A stretch of DNA of 41,118 nt from a virus: positions 1 through 41,118 of IMG/VR virus record IMGVR_UViG_3300012362_000001. One strand, 5' to 3'. The translations under genes were made by a program, and so were the position numbers. The notes under the pieces are model-generated. The model was not told the origin of the DNA, searched no databases, and saw only the letters and a list, made by a program, of their open reading frames with translations. Every line of letters starts with the position of its first letter. The stretch's first letter is position 1. Positions 17,567 through 25,073 of this stretch are shown here, in pieces.

Positions 17567-18570
17567 CCGTAAACGATATCGCGACACTGGCTTGCCTGGA
17601 CTGCGGCCAGACCAGCGCTGTTACACTGGCGTTCGCTAAGACCCAACTCAGGATGCGGTACGAGATCCTGTACAACGCCCACAATTGGAAAGAAGCAATG
17701 GGCGACCCGCCTATGGAGTTCGATCTCGCTGCGCCGGTCCTGGTTCCACCGTTACCTGGGACAAGCACCTCAATCAGCTACATGCAAACCCTGGCATTGC
17801 CGCTCGGGTACGATAAAATCGTATGGGTAAAAGGCTCTCAGGATGGTGGCGCAAGTTTCACTTACGAACTAAAACCTAGGGACCGTGGATGGATCGAGCA
17901 CAACGACGGAAGCGCGTTCCTGACTGCGACAACGCCCCAGATCCCGCGTTACTATTATCATGGTGTCCCGCGCGGATTTCCTACACTGTCCCCCGGTATC
18001 CTGACAATAACCCCGATCACTAGCGCAGGCACTTTTCAGATCACCGTTGAAGGAAGGGACTCTGGCGGGCTTGAACAAAGCGAAACGCTTTCGGTATCTG
18101 GCACAACACCGGTGTCTACCTTGAACTCTTATTCAGAAGTCCACAACATTTCGAAGTCCATTACTCCAACCGTTGCGTTAACGATTGCGCCAGCAGTGGG
18201 CTCCAGCATCACGATGCAGCCGAACGACGAGAACTTGCGCTACACGATCCTTGTTGTCTGGCCAGCGTACTCAGGACCTTTCAGGCTGCGTGTAGGGGCG
18301 AAGCTCAAGATGGACACGATCCCGAATGACTCGAGTATTCCCCGGATCAGTGGCCTTTTCCAGGCTCTTTATTATTTCACGCGCGCAGCAATTAAGGGTC
18401 GCCAGAAACAGGCTGACGCTGATCAGGCCGATACGAAAGTTGCAGAAGGGTTATGGCTTCAAGCCAAAAACGCCGAGCTGGCACAGAGCGGCAGCTTTCA
18501 ACAGATTCAGCCTAAGGTAAGCTTTGATCCGGCACAGGTTTGGGAATGGGGAACCGAAGGAAACTGGTAA
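17563..18570 (+). CDS. Virion structural protein (335 aa; adaptor or tail-associated by position)
   Basis: ATGA-coupled large ORF in the tail module. No diagnostic motif. Confidence 0.8.
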   Translation: MTVNDIATLACLDCGQTSAVTLAFAKTQLRMRYEILYNAHNWKEAMGDPPMEFDLAAPVLVPPLPGTSTSISYMQTLALPLGYDKIVWVKGSQDGGASFTYELKPRDRGWIEHNDGSAFLTATTPQIPRYYYHGVPRGFPTLSPGILTITPITSAGTFQITVEGRDSGGLEQSETLSVSGTTPVSTLNSYSEVHNISKSITPTVALTIAPAVGSSITMQPNDENLRYTILVVWPAYSGPFRLRVGAKLKMDTIPNDSSIPRISGLFQALYYFTRAAIKGRQKQADADQADTKVAEGLWLQAKNAELAQSGSFQQIQPKVSFDPAQVWEWGTEGNW

Positions 18571-18573
18571 ACT

Positions 18574-20223
18574 ATGCCACTCTTCAAACTGCCTAGTGTC
18601 GCCGAACCGGCAGTAAGATCCTCGCCGGTCATTGTCGCGGTAAATAATGGCATCCCAGGAAACCTGATTCAAGACACAGAATGCCAGCAGCAGTACAATC
18701 GACTAGCGAGCGTAGACGGACTAAATCGGTGCAGGCCTGGGATAAAAAACGTCGTCAATACCGGAGCGAACCCGGTCTTAAAAATCATATTCAACGATAA
18801 TACGCTCGGAAATTACATCCTGACTGATGGCACTAACCTCTGGCGCTGGAACACCCAAAGCAGCACTTTAACACTCCTTTTCAGCTCAGTCCCGTTTAAC
18901 CCGGCGCTCGGGCCGATCAACGCGTGTTGCTCAAATTCCGTTGTCTTTTTCAATCAAGGCGCTGGTCTGTTCTACTGGGACGGCGTGAATTGGAATACGG
19001 TATCAATGCCGATCCAGAGTCCTCTGGCTAGTTATCCGATCTGGGCAAGCCAACGCTTGATCTACGCTGCGACCGGAACAAACAATATTGTGTTCGGAGA
19101 TCTGGATTCGTCAGCTCCCCCGAACTTTGGGCCGTCCAATAATTCAACTACGGTCACAGTCAAGCTCGACAACGATAACCGGGACCCGATCACCGGGATG
19201 TGTCCGTACGGCATCTCGGCAGGCACGCTCCTTGTGGGGCAAAAATCAAAGCTTTGGGCAATCTTTAATGATCCAACGTTATCGGTAGCGAATTTCGCTA
19301 AACAGCGGATATCGGGCGTTATCGGTGTTGCTGAACACAACACGATGAAACATCTCGGTAACGATGTGATTTTTCTATCGGAGACCGGGAACGGAATATT
19401 CAAGGCGTCTACCCTTGTCGGCACGAATAATGTGGGATTGAGCGGAAAACTGTCGCAACCAATCTCAGCCGATATCGAACGGATAAACTGGTCAGCGGTT
19501 AATACGGCCAGGGCGGAAGTCTGGCAGGATCTCTACATCCTTTCGGTGCCCATTGACGGTTCGTCCACCCCTAACGCGGTGTTCGTTTATTCCAACGCCC
19601 TGAATCAATGGCAAGGAATCTGGACCGGAGCGACAGTCCTTTCAGCGCCGATCTCTTCTCCAGCGCTCTCGATTTACTCCATGAGCGTTAACCCGACGTC
19701 CGTTGCTTCAGCCGGATTAACCGCGGGAGCGGAACTTATATACGGGTTATCAAACGGCAACCTGGCTATCCAGACAAAGCCGCGAGACGCTCTTTTTAAT
19801 GATATCGCGGTTGGCGGAGGAGTGGTCCAGATCCCGAGCGCGATATTGACAAAGGCATTTTCTCCAGCACCGATATCAGCTCAATGGAGCGAAGCCAGCG
19901 CGACAACGTTTAATCGGATTTCACCGTATGCGGTCAGGTTCCGATTCCCAAATTCCAGTTCCCCGGTTAACCTGGACATCATTTCGGATACTGGCACTGT
20001 CGCGAACTTCAGGACCGGGATAGCCACAAATAACAACCTGCTGCAATTGCCGCATGACCTGCCTTGGGACCTCGACAGCCAGGGCGACAGGTATCAGACA
20101 ATCGATATTCAGGACATAGGCGTCTGCCAGCAGGTGGCGTTCAATATCAGCGGGGTAGGCGATTGGCGGCTGCAATCGATCGATTTTGCGGCGTTCACAG
20201 CGGAGGCAAAAGACGCGGCATGA
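18574..20223 (+). CDS. Virion structural protein (549 aa; tail tube or nozzle candidate)
   Basis: Large beta-rich ORF with recurring W/G-containing segments that suggest a propeller-like repeat. Called by position only. Confidence 0.8.
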   Translation: MPLFKLPSVAEPAVRSSPVIVAVNNGIPGNLIQDTECQQQYNRLASVDGLNRCRPGIKNVVNTGANPVLKIIFNDNTLGNYILTDGTNLWRWNTQSSTLTLLFSSVPFNPALGPINACCSNSVVFFNQGAGLFYWDGVNWNTVSMPIQSPLASYPIWASQRLIYAATGTNNIVFGDLDSSAPPNFGPSNNSTTVTVKLDNDNRDPITGMCPYGISAGTLLVGQKSKLWAIFNDPTLSVANFAKQRISGVIGVAEHNTMKHLGNDVIFLSETGNGIFKASTLVGTNNVGLSGKLSQPISADIERINWSAVNTARAEVWQDLYILSVPIDGSSTPNAVFVYSNALNQWQGIWTGATVLSAPISSPALSIYSMSVNPTSVASAGLTAGAELIYGLSNGNLAIQTKPRDALFNDIAVGGGVVQIPSAILTKAFSPAPISAQWSEASATTFNRISPYAVRFRFPNSSSPVNLDIISDTGTVANFRTGIATNNNLLQLPHDLPWDLDSQGDRYQTIDIQDIGVCQQVAFNISGVGDWRLQSIDFAAFTAEAKDAA

Positions 20224-20639
20224 TGGACAAATTGACTGCGGTCTGCCAATTCGTGAAAGAGCATTACAAGCCGTGGAGCGGCGTGAAGTTATCAAGGCTT
20301 GAAGCCTATTTCGAATGGTACGATCGAGTCCGCACCCTTGGCGTAGTTGGACACGGAGGAAGAATCGACGCGGTGATTACCTGCCGGGCCTTTGACGATC
20401 CATCTGACTATTGGGAAGAATTCGTGCACCGACCTTGGGGTAAATACGTCAAATGCTCAGTCTGGGGCGCGGTTCATCCCCGGTTCATTCCTCCGGCCGT
20501 CCAGCAGATCCAATCTCGGCACACATACCGAGAGGACAGAATTTTCATGTGGCACAGAGACCACATTGAACTCGGGCCACCTCGTAAGTATAACGCCCAC
20601 CAGTTTGAGCGTATCCTCGCAAAACTATCCAAATCATGA
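20220..20639 (+). CDS. Hypothetical protein (139 aa)
   Basis: ATG overlapping the upstream stop. It is an internal start of track ORF 20064..20639. Confidence 0.65.
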   Translation: MMDKLTAVCQFVKEHYKPWSGVKLSRLEAYFEWYDRVRTLGVVGHGGRIDAVITCRAFDDPSDYWEEFVHRPWGKYVKCSVWGAVHPRFIPPAVQQIQSRHTYREDRIFMWHRDHIELGPPRKYNAHQFERILAKLSKS

Positions 20640-21112
20640 GCGGCGGAGGAAGCGCACCACAACCACCAAGTCCAACTGAAAGCGCGCAAGCGCAAGCAAG
20701 CGCGCAATTGGCTGGCCAGATGTTCCAATCGGCTAACGCGCCTACTCTTGCTTACGAGGACGCTAGGACGCGCGGATTGATTCAGCCATACGAATCTCAG
20801 CTCGCAAGCGCCCTGGCTGCGAAAAGCGCTTACAACACGGACCCGCGCGCGTATGAAGCGCGCCAGATGGCGTTACAAGGTTCAAACGCCAGGATGGGCC
20901 ATTTGTATGATCAACAACCAGGGTTAATGACACCAGAGAACGCAGGGGTAAGGATGCCTAGCCAGTCAATGTTGCCAGATCTTGGCTACATCCAGCAGTT
21001 ATCCAGGATGATTGCTCCGCTGCTTTCGAGTGTCAGCATTGACCGTAGCGGCAACGTAGGATTGCTCTCGCCTCAAGGCAGTACAACTAATCTAAACGCA
21101 AGATCCGTATAA
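20636..21112 (+). CDS. Hypothetical Q/A/S-rich protein (158 aa), internal-virion candidate
   Basis: ATGA-coupled, with low-complexity A/Q composition like its neighbours. Confidence 0.65.
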   Translation: MSGGGSAPQPPSPTESAQAQASAQLAGQMFQSANAPTLAYEDARTRGLIQPYESQLASALAAKSAYNTDPRAYEARQMALQGSNARMGHLYDQQPGLMTPENAGVRMPSQSMLPDLGYIQQLSRMIAPLLSSVSIDRSGNVGLLSPQGSTTNLNARSV

Positions 21113-22435
21113 ATGGCCTCAGCGCTCACAGACTGGAAAGCGGCTTCGGCAAACCCGGAAGCTTATAGCCAGGACCAGCTTCAATCGATGGCGATGGCGG
21201 CCGGGATCGGTATACCAGAGCTGCAAGAGGCCGTCCGGAGAGGATTCGCAACTAATCAGGCTAAGCTCGCAGATTATAAGCCGCCTGAGATCAAGGCTTC
21301 CGAAGATATCGCGAAGATCGACCCTGCCGCTGCTGCGCTTACGTCGACAGTCGCCAACGCGTATAACACACAGGTTCCGCAAGCGCAGGCGACTTCGCCC
21401 GCGACTGCTGCGCTTAATACGGCCGTTGTTAATTCGTACAACCCGACTCTGGCGGCAGCTCACGCGCAGTTGCCAGGGACAAGCGCCCTGTCAGGAGATG
21501 TCCTCAACAGCTACAACACCTCTCTGGGGCAGGCCAATAAAGAACTCGCTCTAGGGACGCATCTCGACCCGGCTATGCAGCGCGAGATTGCGCAATACGT
21601 GAGGGGGGCCCAGATAGGCCGCGGAAATTCAGAGGGCGGCGCGCAGACTGTCGAGGAAGCAATGACCCAAGGCGGAGCTGGTCTAGCACTCCAGCAACAA
21701 CGCCGAGCATACGCTCAAGCCGTTCAACAGCAGGGCGCACAGCTGGCAGGCGCGCGGCAGAGCTATCTAGGAGCCGTGCAGGGTCAGGGCCAGGGGCTTG
21801 TAGCGCAGCAACAGAACTATTTACAGAACGTTCTCCAGCAGGCGACAGGATATCTGGGCAGCGGCCAGACGAAAGGCGGCCAGGCGACAACCTACCTCAA
21901 TAATGCGATTAACCAGAATAGCGCGGCCCTGGGCGGGTACCCGATTGGGCAGAATGCGCAACCACCGGCTCCTGCTTACATGTACCTGGACCCGAATGCA
22001 GGCGCGCAATTCGCTCAAGGCACCCAAGGATTCATGAATCAAGGGGTAGGCGCTACGACTGGAAGCCCTGGAAGCACGGTTCCCTGGGGCTCTATCGCCG
22101 GGGCCGCCGGTAGTGCAATAGGCGGATTAGCTGGATCATTCATCACGCCAGGGGTTGGTACGGTAATCGGAGCTGGCCTCGGCGGACTGGCTGGCACCGC
22201 AATCGGTCAAGGTGCCAGTGCCAGTGGTGTCCATTGTTGGGTAGCGCGCCAGGTGTTCGGCGAGAATAATCCTCGCTGGCTGCAATTCCGTAACTGGCTG
22301 CTCACTAGAGCGCCCACATGGCTCATGCAATTTTACGCGCGAAACGGGCAACAGCTCGCCGAGCGCATCAAAAACAAACCAAGAATACAACGTGTAATCA
22401 AGGGCTGGATGGAAATGCAGCTCGCAACTATTTAA
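21113..22435 (+). CDS. Internal-virion candidate with peptide repeats, a glycine zipper and a Trp-rich C-terminal module
   Basis: 440 aa. Three copies of AL(T/N/S)xxVxN(A/S)YN(T/P) and four xYL repeats. Glycine-zipper segment GSIAGAAGSAIGGLAGSFITPGVGTVIGAGLGGLAGTAIG, then HCWVARQVFGENNPRWLQFRNWLL. Confidence 0.75.
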   Translation: MASALTDWKAASANPEAYSQDQLQSMAMAAGIGIPELQEAVRRGFATNQAKLADYKPPEIKASEDIAKIDPAAAALTSTVANAYNTQVPQAQATSPATAALNTAVVNSYNPTLAAAHAQLPGTSALSGDVLNSYNTSLGQANKELALGTHLDPAMQREIAQYVRGAQIGRGNSEGGAQTVEEAMTQGGAGLALQQQRRAYAQAVQQQGAQLAGARQSYLGAVQGQGQGLVAQQQNYLQNVLQQATGYLGSGQTKGGQATTYLNNAINQNSAALGGYPIGQNAQPPAPAYMYLDPNAGAQFAQGTQGFMNQGVGATTGSPGSTVPWGSIAGAAGSAIGGLAGSFITPGVGTVIGAGLGGLAGTAIGQGASASGVHCWVARQVFGENNPRWLQFRNWLLTRAPTWLMQFYARNGQQLAERIKNKPRIQRVIKGWMEMQLATI

Positions 22436-22440
22436 ACAAT

Positions 22441-23286
22441 ATGCCAGGAGTACTCCTATCGAGCGGTGATTTTTCATTCCCCGTCTACGATGATTTTCCC
22501 GCGACCATCGCGGGCATGCTGGGGTGGACAAGCGCAGTCACCGGCACGGGTGCTGCGAATACCGCCCTTTCAGCTTCCGCAGCTACAGCTGCACTATTGC
22601 GCTTTAGCGGCGGCACCGTATCAGTCGTCGGAACTACCGCAGCCGGGATCGCAGCCCAGGAACTTCTCGGCATGACGATCAATAACGCAAACGGGATGGG
22701 GTTCGAGGGCGACATGTCGATGGCGTTCGATACCGCATTCCCGACGGCGACCAATGCGTATGTATTCCTGTTTGGTATCTTTGATTCATCCGGAGCAGTC
22801 ACGACCGGCAACTTCATTGGGCTCAAGTTCGGCTGGAGCGCGCAAGGAAACGCCGTGGCCAATAACTGGTTCGTTTGTGCCGATACGGTTTCGAGACTCA
22901 TCGGGAACACGCCGACAGCAGGCGAGATCGCAATACCTGCACCTGCACCGAACCCGGTTGCAACGTTGCCGCCTGGAATCGCTCTTGATGTTCCACAGCT
23001 TTTGCGGTTTAGAATCGAGTCATTGGTTCCTCAATCGCCTATAGGTCAGGCTGCGGTCTGGCTTGCTGTGAAAGGATTCGCTAACGGAGTGCCCTCGAAC
23101 ATCCTGGTAAGCGCTCTCGGTGCGAACGTTTATCCGTCAGGAATTGTTCCCACGAACGGGTTCCCGGCTATCACCAATGGATGGCTCGGTTACAAAATGC
23201 TGGCTTTGGCAGGTACGGCCAATACCGGGAAAGCGATCGTTGATGAAGTGAGTTATGCGATCCTGAATAGGTTCCAGGTAGGATAA
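22441..23286 (+). CDS. Hypothetical structural protein (281 aa)
   Basis: First ATG after the upstream stop. It is an internal start of track ORF 22318..23286. Confidence 0.7.
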   Translation: MPGVLLSSGDFSFPVYDDFPATIAGMLGWTSAVTGTGAANTALSASAATAALLRFSGGTVSVVGTTAAGIAAQELLGMTINNANGMGFEGDMSMAFDTAFPTATNAYVFLFGIFDSSGAVTTGNFIGLKFGWSAQGNAVANNWFVCADTVSRLIGNTPTAGEIAIPAPAPNPVATLPPGIALDVPQLLRFRIESLVPQSPIGQAAVWLAVKGFANGVPSNILVSALGANVYPSGIVPTNGFPAITNGWLGYKMLALAGTANTGKAIVDEVSYAILNRFQVG

Positions 23287-23291
23287 AGATT

Positions 23292-23567
23292 ATGGCTAAG
23301 CCTGGCATGAAAGCCAAGCATGGAGGGCCGCTCGGGACAAAGGATTCCAGGACCATGCCGAATAAAGGCGGCTCTGGATCAGCGAAGAAGCACGTCATTC
23401 CGGCCATGTATAAATTCAAGTACCCAAGCGTCAGCAGCGCTTACGATGCGCCCAGCATGCATTCCGAGGTGGACGGTGGAGCTCAGGGAGGCGGGCTCAT
23501 GGGGGTGAATTTCCCGGACAGTAAAGTTCGCGTCTCGGGTCGCAAGGGAGTAAAGCGGAGCTACTAG
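23292..23567 (+). CDS. Small basic protein (91 aa)
   Basis: K/G-rich, ending ...GRKGVKRSY. Confidence 0.55.
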   Translation: MAKPGMKAKHGGPLGTKDSRTMPNKGGSGSAKKHVIPAMYKFKYPSVSSAYDAPSMHSEVDGGAQGGGLMGVNFPDSKVRVSGRKGVKRSY

Positions 23568-23571
23568 GAAG

Positions 23572-23859
23572 GTGGCGCGGATAAGTCCAATATCGCAGGC
23601 GTTGAAGAACGTACGCCCCTACGTCAAGAATATCCCCAAGGGGAAACCGCCTGCCGCCCGGACAGCTCCGCAGGCTTCCGCGGCAATAGCGGGCGGTCAC
23701 CCGTTCCTTAGCCCGTATCATCCTAACCCCTATTCGTTACCCGGCAGAGGATCCCCAGCCGCAGGACCGCAGGCAATGCCAGGAATGGCTCCGTACAAAC
23801 CTGCAGTTACGCCACCGACCGGAATGGTAGGACAACCAGGCATGAGGATGTACAGATGA
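23572..23859 (+). CDS. Small Pro-rich basic protein (95 aa, GTG start)
   Basis: GTG preceded by AGGAAGG, although the spacing is very short. P/A/G-rich. Confidence 0.5.
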   Translation: MARISPISQALKNVRPYVKNIPKGKPPAARTAPQASAAIAGGHPFLSPYHPNPYSLPGRGSPAAGPQAMPGMAPYKPAVTPPTGMVGQPGMRMYR

Positions 23860-24041
23860 GCATCCACATTAAAGCGAAGAACAAGGGAAAGTTTACAGCG
23901 TTCAAGAAGCGGACCGGGGATACGACCGCGGAAGCTCTGCATTCAAAGGATCCGCACGTACGCCAGATGGCCAACTTTGCCAGGAACGCGAAAAAATGGA
24001 ATCACGGCGGAAAGAAAAGCCCTAAAAGGAGTTATCGGTGA
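23856..24041 (+). CDS. Small basic protein (61 aa)
   Basis: ATGA-coupled. K-rich, ending ...KKSPKRSYR, similar to the C-terminus of the 91-aa protein. Confidence 0.55.
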   Translation: MSIHIKAKNKGKFTAFKKRTGDTTAEALHSKDPHVRQMANFARNAKKWNHGGKKSPKRSYR

Positions 24042-25072
24042 GCTGGTTTGATACCGCCCTGGCTGCTTGGTACCGCTCTAAGGAGCAGGAGCGCGCTATT
24101 AACGCGCAGGGGATTGAGCAAGCAGGACAAGCTTTGACGCAAGGCTTGCAACAGGCCAGGCAGGACAATATCGCAAATCAAGTATCTCGATCGCTAGTAA
24201 ACTCCGGGGCTTATGCTGATCAGAACTCAGGTGCCAACGCGCCTCGGGCGGGACTAGTGAGCGCTGGCACAAATCCAATCACGGGCGCAGTAAATAGAGT
24301 AGCTGCGGGAGTACCGACGGCGGGAACTGCTCCTGTTGGCGGTGGCGGAGGCATGCTTGGATTCCAACTGCGCAACGCATTGGCTAACCAAGGCGTCGAG
24401 AGGGATCTCAAACGCGCCCAGATAGGCTATTACGGAGCGCACGGGGCCGCTGCATTGCAGGGTGCAGCGTCGAATGAATCTTGGCGCAAATCAGAACAGG
24501 ATCGAGCGGATGCTCAGGCCGCAGCTATTAGGGCCGCTACTGCTGGTGGAGGCCCTGCCGCGGCGAGGACTCAAGCGCAAGCGCAAAGAGATGCGCTGAT
24601 GCAGGCACAGAAGGACGCAGAAGCAAAAGCGCAGACACCGGAAACTCTAATGCGCGATTTTGACGTGAATCATGGGAAAGGCGCAGCTCAATCCTTTTAT
24701 GATGCATATACGAACAATACCGGAGCGCGAGGCGATTTCTCAGGTGGTAAATGGATCGGGAACCCGAACGGGCCGTTATTTACTGCAGACCCAGAGGCGC
24801 AGGCATATGGGCAACCTCCAAACGCGGCTGATATAAAAGCGGTTCCGATTACGGAGCTCGACGCTTACAGAACGAACTTACAAAAAGTTCAAGCAGCAGG
24901 CGGAAGGATTGTTCCGCCGATCGTAATGCCAGCACAAGCACCCGGACAGTCAGCACCAGCGCAAGGTGGGAGCGTTCCGACATTTCAAACTACTCAGCAG
25001 GCATTGCAAAGCGGACTTCCGCGCGGCAGCCCGTTCCAAGATCCAACTGGCACAATCCGATACATGCCGTGA
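24038..25072 (+). CDS. A/Q/G-rich protein (344 aa), internal-virion candidate
   Basis: GTGA-coupled. Low-complexity helical composition similar to 20636..22435. Confidence 0.7.
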   Translation: MSWFDTALAAWYRSKEQERAINAQGIEQAGQALTQGLQQARQDNIANQVSRSLVNSGAYADQNSGANAPRAGLVSAGTNPITGAVNRVAAGVPTAGTAPVGGGGGMLGFQLRNALANQGVERDLKRAQIGYYGAHGAAALQGAASNESWRKSEQDRADAQAAAIRAATAGGGPAAARTQAQAQRDALMQAQKDAEAKAQTPETLMRDFDVNHGKGAAQSFYDAYTNNTGARGDFSGGKWIGNPNGPLFTADPEAQAYGQPPNAADIKAVPITELDAYRTNLQKVQAAGGRIVPPIVMPAQAPGQSAPAQGGSVPTFQTTQQALQSGLPRGSPFQDPTGTIRYMP

Positions 25073-25073
25073 T

